A DNA stretch of 64,000 nucleotides from contig CAVUWD010000005.1 in NCBI GenBank assembly GCA_963745025.1, forward strand, positions 32,001 to 96,000, read 5' to 3'. The notes under the pieces were generated by a model. That model was not told the DNA's origin, ran no database searches, and saw only the letters and a program-made list of their open reading frames with translations. Within the stretch, counting starts at the first letter, position 1. Every line of letters begins with the position of its first letter. The DNA comes from an uncultured delta proteobacterium. Lineage in GTDB: Bacteria; Desulfobacterota; Binatia; JACPRU01. Positions 50,489 to 60,873 of the stretch are shown piece after piece. The position numbers were made by a program, and so were the translations under genes.

Positions 50489-51429
50489 GCGCGCCGCTGC
50501 TCCGCTGCGCGGCCTCGAGAAGCGCTACGGCGCGACGCCGCGCTCTCGCCGGCGATCGATCTCGAGCTCGACGCGCGAGATCGTCGGCGTCGTCGGTCCC
50601 GACGGCGCCGGCAAGACGACGCTGCTGCGCTCGCTCGCCGGGCTGCTCGAGGTCGAGGCCGCCGACGCCGCGCGTGCTCGGCCACGACCTGCGCGGCGAC
50701 GTCACGGCGCTGAAGGCGCGGATCGGCTACGTGCCGCAGGTCTTCAGCCTGCATCGCGATCTCTCGGTGATCGAGAACCTCCGCTTCACGGCGCCGCCTC
50801 CACCGCTTGCCGGCGGAGGAGTTCGACGGCGCGCGGGCCGCGCTGCTCGAGCGCACGGGACTCGCGCCGTTCGCCGACCGGGCCGCCGGCGCGCTCTCCG
50901 GCGGCATGAAGCAGAAGCTGGCGATCGCGAACGCGCTGCTGCCCGAGCCGCGCGCTGCTCGTGCTCGACGAGCCGACCGCCGGCGTCGACGTGGTGGCGC
51001 GCGGCGAGATCTGGGCGCTGCTCGAGCGCGGCGCGAGCACGCTCGCTGGTCGCTCATCAGCACGAGCTATCTCGACGAGGCCGCCGCCTGCGACCGGCTC
51101 GTCTACCTCGACGACGGGCGCGTCGTCGCGATCGGGACGCCCGGCCGAGCTGCGCGCGCGCGTGCCGCTCGAGCTCTACCGCGCCTGGGGCGAGGACCCG
51201 CGCGCCATCGCGCGCGCGGCGCGCGCGCTTCCCTACGTCAGCGCGCGCGCGCGCCAGCGGCCGCTTCGCGCGCGTCGAGGTGGCGCGGCGCACGGACCCC
51301 CGGCGCGAGCCGAGTCCTCGCGACCTGGCCGCGCTCCCCGGCGCGCGCGCTTCGCCGAGCCGCACGCCGGTCGACATGGAGTCGACGCTGCTCGCGCTCG
51401 CGCGCGACGACGCCGAGAGCCTGGCATGA
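50485..51429 (+). CDS. ABC transporter ATP-binding protein 1; frameshifted
   Basis: [33 protein letters not shown] in different frames. Confidence 0.82.
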   Translation: MSAPLLRCAASRSATARRRALAGDRSRARRARSSASSVPTAPARRRCCARSPGCSRSRPPTPRVLGHDLRGDVTALKARIGYVPQVFSLHRDLSVIENLRFTAPPPPLAGGGVRRRAGRAARAHGTRAVRRPGRRRALRRHEAEAGDRERAAARAARCSCSTSRPPASTWWRAARSGRCSSAARARSLVAHQHELSRRGRRLRPARLPRRRARRRDRDARPSCARACRSSSTAPGARTRAPSRARRARFPTSARARASGRFARVEVARRTDPRREPSPRDLAALPGARASPSRTPVDMESTLLALARDDAESLA

Positions 51430-52388
51430 CCGACGCCGATCATCCCGCCGCACGGCCTCACCAAGCGCTTCGGCGACTTCACCGCCGTCGACGCCCTCGA
51501 CCTCGTCGGTCGAGCGCGGGCATCGATCTTCGCCTTCCTCGGCGCCAACGGCTCGGGCAAGAGCACGACGATCCGCATGCTGATCGGCCTGCTCCGACCG
51601 ACGGCGGGCGACGATCGAGGTCGACGGCGTCGACGTCATCGCAGAGCCGCGCCGCGTGCGCGACCGCATCGGCTACATGGGCCAGAAGGTGAGCCTCTAC
51701 CAGGGCCTCTCGCTGCGCGAGAACGTCGAGTTCTACGCCGGCCTGTACGGCCTCACGGGCGCGCGAGCTCGAGCGCGCGCTGGGGGGCGGTGCGCGAGCG
51801 CTTCGCTCTCGGCGACGGCCGAGCAGCGAGCGGCCCGAGGACCTGCCCGCCGGCGTCCGCCAGCGCGCCGGCCTCGCGCTCGCGACGCTGCACGGCCGCG
51901 CCTGCTCTTCCTCGACGAGCCGACGGCGGGCGTCGACGTCCAGAGCCGCGGCCTCTTCTGGGAGATCATCCAGGAGGAGGCCGACGCGGGCGTCACCGTC
52001 TTCGTCACCACGCACTTCCTCGAGGAGGCCGACTACTGCGACTGGGTGCGCTTCATCGACGCCGGCCGGCTGATCGCCGAACGCCACGCCGGAGGAGCTG
52101 CGCAGCGCGTTCTCCGACGGCTACCGGATCGAGATCGACGTCACGGCCGGCGCGCGCCCGCGCGTGCTCGCGCGGCTCGCCGGCGCGGTCCCCGCGCCCG
52201 AGCCAACCGCGACGGGCGCTGCGCTGCGCGGCTGCCGACATTCGAGCCCGACCTTCTCGGACGGCTCGCGCGCGCTGGCGCAGGAAGCGCCGAGCGCGCG
52301 CATTGCAATCGAGCAGCCGACGATGACCGACGTGTTCCGCCGCGTGCTCGCGAGCGTGGCATCGCAGGATCCGCGAGGCGCGCCGTGA
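51426..52388 (+). CDS. ABC transporter ATP-binding protein 2; frameshifted
   Basis: [48 protein letters not shown]. Confidence 0.82.
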
Positions 52389-53538
52389 ATCGCCGCCGGC
52401 TGCGGACGCTCGTCCGGCGCGAGGTCCAGGCGACGCTCCGCGATCCGTTCACGGTGACGATCCTCATCGCGTGCCGCTCGGCGCGCTCCTGCTCTTCGGC
52501 TTCATGCTCTCCACCGAGGTCAAGCACCTCGCGCTCGGCGTCTACGACGCGAGCGAGATCGGCGGCGAGCCGCCGCCTCGTCGCCGATCTCGCGGCGAGC
52601 GGAACCTTCGCTCACCGCGTACGCGTCGCCCGAGAGCGATCGAGCACGCGCTCGGATCGCGGGCCGATCAGCGTCGGCGTGGTGATCCCCGCCGGACTTC
52701 GACGCGATCGCGACACTCGAGGCCGGGCGCGGCGCCGCCCCGCAGTCCAGGTCCTCTACGACGGCGCCGAGGCGGTGCTCGCCGGCAACGCCGAGGCCTT
52801 CGTAAACTCCCTGCTGCAGGCGAGCGCGCCCGCCCTCGGCGATCAGCGCGCGATCCCCGGCGCTCGATCGTCCCGGGCGCCGAGCGCGCGGGCGGCGGGA
52901 TCGGCGTCGTGACGCGCGCGCTCTTCAACCCGGGCCTCGACGGCACGCCGTTCATGGTCGCCGGCACCTTCGGCTTCGTGCTCTCGTTCCTGACCACGCT
53001 CATCACCGCGGTGTCGATCGTCAACGAGCGCCTCGCCGGCACCTTCGACCAGCTCCAGGTGACGCCCGCGACGACGCTCGAGATCCTGCTCGGCAAGCTG
53101 CTGCCGCTCGGCGCCGTGTTCGCCTTCGACGTCGTCGCTGATGGTGGTGGTCGCCGGCTTGGTGCTGGCGTCTGGCCCGCAGGGCAGCGCGCTGCTTCTT
53201 CGTGGTCGTCTCGGCCTTCTACGTGCTGATCTCGCTCGCGCTCGGGCTGATCTTCTCGGCCACCTCGGCGACCGCCGCCGAGGCGGTGCAGAAGACCGTG
53301 CTGTTCAGCATTCCGCTCGTCCAGCTCTCCGGCTTCGCTCTTCCCGATCCGCAACATGCCGACTGTCGTGCAGTGGCTCGCGAAGCTGATCCCGGCCACC
53401 CACTACATCCGGGTCAGCCGCGCGATCTACCTGCGCGCGGAAGGGCCGGATCGACTGCTGCCCGAGCTCTTGTTCCTCTTCGTCTGCGGCGTCGGCTTGA
53501 TCTACTACGCGCGCCGCACGATCGAGGCCCGCGCATGA
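52385..53538 (+). CDS. ABC-2 type permease 1 (YbhS/YbhR-like); frameshifted
   Basis: RALFNPGLD, SIVNERLAGTFDQLQVTP, LLGKLLP, LIPATHYI. Confidence 0.82.
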
Positions 53539-54673
53539 GCCGCTGGCGCCGTTCGTCGTCGAACGTGCTCGCGATCGCCTACAAGGAGGCGGCGTCATCC
53601 GGCACGACAAGGCGTTCCTCGGCATGGTGCTGATCCAGCCGATGATGATGCTCCTGCTCTTCGGCGACGCGCTCTCGAACAAGCCGGCCAACGTCCCCTG
53701 GGCGGTGCTCGACCAGAGCCACACCGCGCTGTCGCGCCGGCTCGTTCAGAGCGTCCAGGCGACCGGCTACTTCCTGCCGCCGCAGACGCGAACCGAGCTA
53801 CGAGAGCGCCCGCGAGCTGCTGCGCGAGGGAAAGGCTCTGGTCGTGCTCGTGATTCCGCAGAGCTTCGCGCGCGACGCCGAGCGCGGCGAGCCGCGCGTG
53901 CAGCTCCTGCTCGACGGCAGCGACCCGCTCACGGCGGCGCGCGTCGGCGGCTACGTTCCGCAGGTGGCGGCGTCTTTCGAGCCGCGCATCGGCCCCGGTC
54001 GCCCGCGATCCCGACCGCCCGATCCGGCGCCGGCCCGATCGACATCCGCCAGCGCTTCTGGTTCAACCCGACGCTCGCGACCGCGACTTCTTCCTCGCCG
54101 CGCTCGCCGGCATGCTGCTCACCAACCTCTGCCTCTCGGTGACCAGCCTCGGTCTCGTCGGCGAGCGCGAGAGCGGGACCTACGAGCAGATGCTCGTCGC
54201 TGCCGACGCGCCGCTCGAGATCGTGCTCGGCAAGCTCGTGCCGTACGTCGGCGTCTGCTACGTGCTGCTGCTCTTCGCGATCGTCGTGCCGGGACTCGTG
54301 CTTCGGGATCTGGCCGCACGGCAGCTGGCTCGCGCTCTTGTGGCGACGCTGCCCTTCGTGCTCGCGTCGCTCGCGATCGGCGTGTTGGTCTCCACGCTCG
54401 CGAGACCTCGGCGCAGGCGGTCTTCATCACGGTCTTCTTCATCTTGCCGTCGTTCGTGCTCTCCGGCGTGATGATGCCGTACCAGCTCATGCCGCACGGC
54501 GTCCGCGAGATCGGCGCGGTGCTGCCGCTGCGCTGGTACCAGATCGCGTGCGCCGCATCATCGAGCGCGGCGGCGGCATCGTCGACACGGCCGGGCCGAC
54601 GCTGGCGCTGTTCGCGATCTTCGCGGTGCTGCTCGCGCTCATCCGCTGGCGGATGAAGCCGCGGCTCGGATGA
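53535..54673 (+). CDS. ABC-2 type permease 2; frameshifted
   Basis: IAYKE, VQLLLDGSDP, FWFNP, VGERESGTYEQML, LPSFVLSG. Confidence 0.82.
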
Positions 54674-54758
54674 GCGCAGCGGTGACGAACGATAACGGAA
54701 TCGGCTGGACGGCCCGGATGCGTTGCCATGCGATGAGCCCGTTCGGGCTCGCCGCGGC

Positions 54759-57113
54759 TCAAGCGACGATCTTCTCCGCGCGGAGCTCGGTGATCTCGCT
54801 CGCCGAGAGCCCGAGCACGTCGCGCAGTACGCGGTCCGTGTGCTCGCCATGGAGCGGTCCTGGCGAGTCGATGAAACCCGGAGTGTCGGAGAGCTTCAGC
54901 GGCAGACCGTCGAGCTGAAGGACGCGCCCCTCGGGGTCGCGGAGGCGCGCCCAGTAGCCTCGCCACTGGAGGTGCGGGTCACGGGCGCAGAGATCTTCGC
55001 CGTTGGCCACCGTGAACGCGGCGACGCCGAAACGCTGACAGAGGGCCGTCACTTCTTCGGGGCCCCGCGTGCTCGTCCAGCGCTCGATGGCGTCGTCGAG
55101 CGCACGCGTGTGTTGCAGACGCGCACCGTTCGTCGTGAAGCGAGGGTCGGTGGTCCACGGTTCCCCGACGAGGTCCGCGAAGCGGCGCCACTCTTCGTCG
55201 CACAAAATCGAGATTGCCACCCAGCGGTCGTCGCCGCTGCAACGATACACGCCGTGCGGCGCGCCGGGTGCCTCCTGGGAACGGTTGACCGTCGGCTCGG
55301 GGACCGTCCCGTTGTTGGCGAGGTCGAGGAGCATGGGCCCCATGTAGGCGGCGACGCTCTCGAGCTGGGAGAGGTCGATGAATTGTCCCTCGCCGGTCCG
55401 CGCCCGATGATGGAGCGCGGCGAGCACGGCGAGCGCACCGTTCAGGCCGCCGCAGATGTCGGAGTGGGAGAAGCCCCAGCCGGCCGGATCCTTTCCGGGA
55501 GGCCGCATCAACAGGGTGTGACCGCAGAGCGCATGCAGCGTGGGGCCGAAGCTCACGTAGTCCTTCTGCGGGCCCGTCCTGCCGAAGCCCGACATGCCGA
55601 CGGCGATGATGTCCGGCCGGAGCTTGCGCAAGCCCTCGTAGTCGAGACCCCAGTTGCCCATGACCCGCGCGCTGAAGTTGTCGGCGACCACGTCGCTGGT
55701 GGCCGCCAGGCGCTTGGCGAGATCGACGCCGCGAGGATCGCTCATGTTGAGGATGAGGCTCCGCTTGCCGCGATTCAGGTTGCCGAAGAAGCCGCCGCGG
55801 CGCTCGCCGAGGTCCAGCGTCACGGTGCGCTCGACCTTGATCACCTCGGCGCCGTGGTCGGCGAGGATGCGCGTGGCGATCGGGCCGGCGACGACGTGGG
55901 TGAAGTCGAGGACGCGAATGCCGTCGAGGATCCGGCGGGAACTCTCCCCGTTGCACGCGCGTCGCGCGGCCTGCCCCCCGGGGAGAGAAGCGGATGCCGG
56001 CCACGACGAGCTTCCGAGTCGTGGCGCTTCGGACCGCGTCACGAACGGCGTCTTCGACATCCGAAAGGGCGCCCCGGGGAAGCGAAGGCTCGTTCCGCGA
56101 ATCGGCGCGAAGAACCCTCGATCGGCGAGCTGCGCATCCTCGAGCAACGCTTCCGGCGGCCGCACCGCGGCGAACGGCAGGCGCCGAAGCTGCGCGCCTT
56201 CGAGGATCTCCTCCGCCGTCTGCTCCGCCGCCCAGCGATCGAGCACGGCGTAAATCTCCTCCCAGTGCTCGCGGCGATAGTAGAAATCGTGCCACTCTTC
56301 GCCGGCGAGCTCGGTGCCGAAGCCCCGTTCCATCATCCAGCCGACGAGCGTCGTCCAGTCGCAGAGGAGGCAGAGCATCACGTAGCCGTCCCGGCAGCGG
56401 CTGGTGCGGAACACGCGCGTCCAGTGGACCGGCCCGCGGCGGATCTCGATCCGTCGCTCGCTGTTCCAGGCGGCGCTGGTCTCCTCGAGCGCGCCGGCCA
56501 CCGCTTCTTGAAGGCTCACGTCGATGACCTGGCCTCGGCCGCTTCGCTCCCTCTCGAGGAGCGCGAGCAGGGTGCCGATCACGGAATACGCGGACGCGGC
56601 GTGATAGGCCTGCAGGCCGAAACCCTGTAGCGGCGTGTCGTTCGGAAAACCGTTGGTGAAGACCATGCCGCCCGCCGCCTGCGCGACGAGATCCGAAGAA
56701 CGGAAGCCGGCGTACGGCCCGGTCAGGCCGAACGGTGTGACGCGCACGATCACCAGGCGTGGATTCGCTGCGCGGAGGTTGTGGACGTCCAGCTCCCAGG
56801 GCAGCGGTTCGCTCGGGGGAGTCGAGTCGAGCCAGACGTCGGATGAAGCGATGAGCCTCCCGACGCCTTCGCGGTCCGCGCGACGCGACGGGTCGGCGAC
56901 GAGGCTCCGTTTACCCGCATTGTAGAAGGTGAACGAGAGGCTCTGCGTGCGATCTCCGCCCAGAAACGGCGGGAAGCGACGCGACGCTGCGCCCTCGGGC
57001 GGCTCGATCTTCCATACCTCGGCACCGAGGTCGGCGAGCAGGCGGCCGGCGAATTCCGCTGCGATGCCGGCGGTCTCCACCACGCGAACGCCTCCGAGCG
57101 CGTGGTCAGACAC
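54759..57113 (-). CDS. Class III CoA-transferase with two tandem CaiB/BaiF domains
   Basis: ALGGVRVVE...LADLGAEVWKIEPP...NAGKRS; second LDGIRVLDFT...GAEVIKVE...NRGKRS...SHSDICGG...GEHTDRVL. Confidence 0.93.
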   Translation of the reverse strand: MSDHALGGVRVVETAGIAAEFAGRLLADLGAEVWKIEPPEGAASRRFPPFLGGDRTQSLSFTFYNAGKRSLVADPSRRADREGVGRLIASSDVWLDSTPPSEPLPWELDVHNLRAANPRLVIVRVTPFGLTGPYAGFRSSDLVAQAAGGMVFTNGFPNDTPLQGFGLQAYHAASAYSVIGTLLALLERERSGRGQVIDVSLQEAVAGALEETSAAWNSERRIEIRRGPVHWTRVFRTSRCRDGYVMLCLLCDWTTLVGWMMERGFGTELAGEEWHDFYYRREHWEEIYAVLDRWAAEQTAEEILEGAQLRRLPFAAVRPPEALLEDAQLADRGFFAPIRGTSLRFPGAPFRMSKTPFVTRSEAPRLGSSSWPASASLPGGQAARRACNGESSRRILDGIRVLDFTHVVAGPIATRILADHGAEVIKVERTVTLDLGERRGGFFGNLNRGKRSLILNMSDPRGVDLAKRLAATSDVVADNFSARVMGNWGLDYEGLRKLRPDIIAVGMSGFGRTGPQKDYVSFGPTLHALCGHTLLMRPPGKDPAGWGFSHSDICGGLNGALAVLAALHHRARTGEGQFIDLSQLESVAAYMGPMLLDLANNGTVPEPTVNRSQEAPGAPHGVYRCSGDDRWVAISILCDEEWRRFADLVGEPWTTDPRFTTNGARLQHTRALDDAIERWTSTRGPEEVTALCQRFGVAAFTVANGEDLCARDPHLQWRGYWARLRDPEGRVLQLDGLPLKLSDTPGFIDSPGPLHGEHTDRVLRDVLGLSASEITELRAEKIVA

Positions 57114-58689
57114 GAGTGAACAGATCGCGCACGCCGTCGTCGGTGAGCTCCGAGACCCGCGAGATGCGGTCGGCGATCTCGGCGAGCGTCTCGAGCGTCG
57201 ATCCGCCGACGTCGATCAGGATCGCGTAGAGCGAGAAGTCGAGCCGTTTCTTCTCGCGGAGGAAGCGCTCTCGCCACTCCTCGCTCACGCGGCACTCCCC
57301 GTCGGTGATGAGCACGATGTCGCCGCGGCGGAAGCGCGAGGAGCCGAGGCAGTCGAGCGCGGCGTCGAGCGGATGCTCGAAGTCGGTGCCGCCGCCGGCG
57401 AAGTAGTCGGCGAGATCGAGAGCACCCTCGAGGTCCGACGCATAGCGCTCGCCGCGGTTCAGATCGAGCGTGTAGAGGCCGGTCTCCGGCGAAGAGAAGA
57501 GGATGGCGCGGAAGCGGCGCCGCTCGCGCCGTGCGATGTCCAGGAGCGTGAGCGCGACCGCCTTCGACCAGATCTCCTTCGGGCCCGCCATCGAGGAGCT
57601 GGTGTCGAGGCAGACGATCATCGGCCCCCGGCCGCGCTCGTCGTCGCCGCGCAGGCGATACTGCAGGAGCGAGCCCTCGACGTAGCGCCGCTGCCAGTCG
57701 CGGCGAAGCGCGGGATGATGAAGCGCGAGCAGCTCTTGCGGCAGCATGCGCGCGATGTCGCGGCCGGTTTCGACCTCGTAGACTTCCTCGGTCGGCCGCT
57801 CGAACAGCCGGTGGCGGAGCGCGAGGGCCTGCTCGCGCATGCGGCCGAGCAGCGCCGCTAGCTTGCGGAGCTTCGGATTGCGCGCCAGCCGACGGCCGAG
57901 CTCCAGGCTCCGTCCGACGGAGCCCGAGCCCTTGGCGCCGAGCGCTCGGCCCCAGCTCTCGGCCTCGTCGGCGGCCTCGTCGAGCGTTTGCGCCACGCCG
58001 AGGGCTTCGGCCTCGAGCCGCTTCTTCGCCGTCTGCGCCTTGGCGGCGACGTCGCGGGAAGTCTCGCCCGCCTTGCGCGCCAGGCGCCGCTCGGCCATGC
58101 GGGATTCGCGGCTGAGCCGCTCGCGCAACTGGTCGAATGTGTGGCGCGACTCGTCACCGAGAGACGGATCTTCGGCCGCCTCGGCCGCCCGTGCCGCTTC
58201 GCGCAGGCGCTCGGCGTCCTCCTCTTCGTCGCGTTGCAGCGCGAAGTGATCGAGCAGATCACGGCGTGAGAACAGCTTCTCCGATTTGAGCAGTTCCAGG
58301 GCGCGCTCGCCGAGCAAGACGGTCGCGAGCCCGGCGCGCGCCTCGTCGAGCTGCGTGCGGGTCTTCAGATGCTCGTACGGAGCGGAGGCGAGCAGCCCGT
58401 CGAGCAGCACTCGGTTGACGCGTGCGCTCGGAGCGATCGCCGGGGTCGCGAGAAAGAGAACGTTGTACTTGAAGAGCGCGGCGAAGACGTCGCGCAGGAG
58501 CGCACCGAAATGCGGAAGCAAGACGCGTCCCTGTTCCTCCAGCGCCCGCAGCGAGCCGGAATCCCGCCGCAGATCTTCGAAGCGCGCGCGATCGTACGAA
58601 TCGGTCTCGATCCAGGCCGTGCCGCTCGGAACCGTGACCGGCAGGGTCGGGGCGGCGGGCGCTGCGGGGGATTTGCGGCGGCGGCTCAG
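57106..58689 (-). CDS. VWA-domain protein (ViaA/CoxE-like partner of the AAA ATPase); start uncertain
   Basis: GRDIARMLPQEL, GPMIVCLDTSSSM (MIDAS), GGGTDF, IVLITDGE. Confidence 0.88.
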   Translation of the reverse strand: MSRRRKSPAAPAAPTLPVTVPSGTAWIETDSYDRARFEDLRRDSGSLRALEEQGRVLLPHFGALLRDVFAALFKYNVLFLATPAIAPSARVNRVLLDGLLASAPYEHLKTRTQLDEARAGLATVLLGERALELLKSEKLFSRRDLLDHFALQRDEEEDAERLREAARAAEAAEDPSLGDESRHTFDQLRERLSRESRMAERRLARKAGETSRDVAAKAQTAKKRLEAEALGVAQTLDEAADEAESWGRALGAKGSGSVGRSLELGRRLARNPKLRKLAALLGRMREQALALRHRLFERPTEEVYEVETGRDIARMLPQELLALHHPALRRDWQRRYVEGSLLQYRLRGDDERGRGPMIVCLDTSSSMAGPKEIWSKAVALTLLDIARRERRRFRAILFSSPETGLYTLDLNRGERYASDLEGALDLADYFAGGGTDFEHPLDAALDCLGSSRFRRGDIVLITDGECRVSEEWRERFLREKKRLDFSLYAILIDVGGSTLETLAEIADRISRVSELTDDGVRDLFTRV

Positions 58690-58892
58690 TGGTGGAACTC
58701 CTTCTTCGCATAGAACTGCTCGAGGCCGGACAGTACCTCGACGAGGTGCGCGAACTCGTCCTCGTTCAGGTAGACGTCGAGCCCGTGGTTGTAGAGCGAG
58801 AAGGCAATGTTCGTCTGCCCCTCCTCGTCCCAGTACCGAAGCACGCGGAAGCAGTCGCACTCGTAGAGAACTTTTTCGTCCTTTTCGCCCAT
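58686..58892 (-). CDS. Small acidic hypothetical protein (68 aa)
   Basis: AAGGAAG RBS; MGEKDEKVLYECDCFRVLRYWDEEG...KKEFHH; fills the gap between AAA and VWA genes. Confidence 0.75.
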   Translation of the reverse strand: MGEKDEKVLYECDCFRVLRYWDEEGQTNIAFSLYNHGLDVYLNEDEFAHLVEVLSGLEQFYAKKEFHH

Positions 58893-58920
58893 GGAGCTTC
58901 CTTTCCCGTTCAGCGGAGCG

Positions 58921-60039
58921 TTATACGGATCGCAGCGTCTCCTGCTCGATTGCGGCGATTTCGCCGCGGATCTCGAGCGCGCGATCGAGCGGCCGGCCGC
59001 CCTCGCGGGCGGAGTGGAGGATCGCGTCGACACGCTCGAGGATGTGACGGAGCTTGGTTTGCACCTCGAGCACCGCCCGGGAGCGCATCTCCCGAGTCTC
59101 CCACTCGCGCAGCGCGTAGTCGCGGAGCTCGCGGCTCTGGAAGAGAAGTTCCTGCACCTCGTCCTCGTGGCCGCGAACGAGCGCACGCAGCGTCGCCCGC
59201 ACCTCGGCGCGCTCGCCGGGATCCCGCCAGAGCGCGTGCTCGAGAAACAGCAGATCTTCCTCTTCGACTGCGGAGCGGCCGGCGAGGAGCGCCCGCGCCC
59301 GCAGCACCGCGAGCGCCTGGCGGTAGCGACGATCCGATGCGACGATCTGCTTGCGGCCGAGCTCGCGGCGCAGGTCGGCGAGGCGGCGCAGCACCGCCGG
59401 CGGGATCGGCAGGCTCGCGGCGGCGTTCTGCAGCTCGGCCAGCGCGGCGAGCGGAAGCGTGGTTCGCTGCGTTGCCGACTGCGCTTCGAGCATGCGCAGG
59501 AAGCGGAAATCCTCCTGCACGTAGCCGAGCACGAAGCGCAACAGAAAGCGATCGTAGAGCGCGGCGAGCTCGTCTTCTTCGGGAAGCTCGTTGGTCGCGC
59601 CGAACAGCGTGACCAACGGGACGGGCTCCACCGATCGCCCGTTGTGGAAGAAGCGCTCGTTCACGATCGTGAGGATGGCGTTCAAGATCGAGGAATTCGC
59701 CTTGAAGACCTCGTCGAGGAAGGCGATGTGCGCCTTCGGCAGCTTGCCGGTCGTCACGCGCCGGTATTCGTCCGCTTCGAGCGCCTTCAAGCTGACCGCC
59801 CCGAAAATCTCTTCGGGCGTGGTGAACTTCGTGAGCAGCCATTGAAAGTAGACACCGCCCTCGATCCGTCGGCAGAGCTCGTCGGCGAGCATCGACTTGG
59901 CGGTGCCGGGCGGACCGATCAGCAGCACGTGTGCACGCGCGAGCAGCGCGACCAGCGCGCCTTCGATCACTTCGCTGCGCTCGACGAACGCCTGCTCCAG
60001 CTCGTCGCGGACGCGCGCCAGTGTCTCGATCGGGGTCAT
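58921..60039 (-). CDS. MoxR/RavA-family AAA+ ATPase
   Basis: LLIGPPGTAKS, TKFTTPEEIFG, AFLDEVFKANSSILNAIL, ATNELP, ALYDRF, SDRR. Confidence 0.93.
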   Translation of the reverse strand: MTPIETLARVRDELEQAFVERSEVIEGALVALLARAHVLLIGPPGTAKSMLADELCRRIEGGVYFQWLLTKFTTPEEIFGAVSLKALEADEYRRVTTGKLPKAHIAFLDEVFKANSSILNAILTIVNERFFHNGRSVEPVPLVTLFGATNELPEEDELAALYDRFLLRFVLGYVQEDFRFLRMLEAQSATQRTTLPLAALAELQNAAASLPIPPAVLRRLADLRRELGRKQIVASDRRYRQALAVLRARALLAGRSAVEEEDLLFLEHALWRDPGERAEVRATLRALVRGHEDEVQELLFQSRELRDYALREWETREMRSRAVLEVQTKLRHILERVDAILHSAREGGRPLDRALEIRGEIAAIEQETLRSV

Positions 60040-60058
60040 GGCGGCGCCGGGGGAAAGG

Positions 60059-60340
60059 TCAGTCGACGCGGTCGATGTCGGCGGCGAGCTGGAAGTCGCG
60101 CTCGGTGAGGCCACCCGCCGCGTGCGTCCAGAGAACGAGCGTCACGTCGCGATAGTGGATGAGGATGTCGGGGTGGTGGTCTTCGACCTCCGCCAGATCG
60201 GCCACCCGATTGACGAACCCCATCGCCGCGCGGAAATCCACGAAGCGAAACTTCTTCTCGATCGTCTTGCCCTTCAGCTGCCATCCGGCGAGCGAGGCCA
60301 GGCGACGAGCGATCTCTTCCGACGAGAGGAGGGCCGGCAT
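60059..60340 (-). CDS. phhB: Pterin-4a-carbinolamine dehydratase
   Basis: FVDFRAAMGFVNRVA, DHHPDI, WTHAAGGLTERD. Confidence 0.93.
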   Translation of the reverse strand: MPALLSSEEIARRLASLAGWQLKGKTIEKKFRFVDFRAAMGFVNRVADLAEVEDHHPDILIHYRDVTLVLWTHAAGGLTERDFQLAADIDRVD

Positions 60341-60468
60341 CCTCTCGTCATCCTATCGGGGCTCGCCGGCAGCGACAAGGCGATGAGGCGGCCGCTGACT
60401 CCTCAAAGCCCGCGCATCGCTTGAGGCTCCGGCTCGGATCTTTCCCGTAGCCCGAAGCCCGTAGCTTC

Positions 60469-60873
60469 CTAGGGCCTGGCCGTCGGCTTGCCGGCGTCGT
60501 TCCAGCCCTTGATACCGTCGGCCATCACGCTCACGTCCGTGTAGCCCGCTTCGGCCGCCCGCCGGGCGGCCTCGTGAGAGGCCATTCAATGCGTGTTCGC
60601 GCAGTAGAATACGAGCTTGGCGTCCTTCGCGGGAGGAAGGTCCTCGGCGACGTCGAAGCTGTCGGACGAGGACAACAGCCGCGCTCCCGGCACGATGCCT
60701 TCCCTCGCTCGTACGCTCGGCGGATTGACGTCATAGATCCACACGGTACTCGAGTTGGCGGCGGTCAGTGCCGCGAGATCATCGACGTGGATGATCTTGA
60801 ACGACTCGACGGCCTGGCCGCGCCCGGTGAAGGCGAGGGCGAGTGCCACGACCAGCATGACGATCTTCGGCAT
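60469..60873 (-). CDS. Exported rhodanese-domain protein, predicted selenoprotein (CANTH-U; UGA at 60586-60588)
   Basis: Signal peptide; IYDVN...GIVPGA...KLVFYCANTH-U-MASHEAARRAAEAGYTDVSVMADGIKGWNDAGKP; rhodanese C-terminal motif lies after the TGA. Confidence 0.85.
60553..60585 (-). promoter_or_regulatory. Putative bacterial SECIS element
   Basis: 14 nt after UGA a perfect stem GGCCGCCC-GGC-GGGCGGCC with G-first loop. Confidence 0.6.

Noticed and set aside
41950-54560. Programmed frameshifting or mass pseudogenisation
   Set aside because: Indels too dense and irregular, motifs otherwise intact; sequence error is simpler
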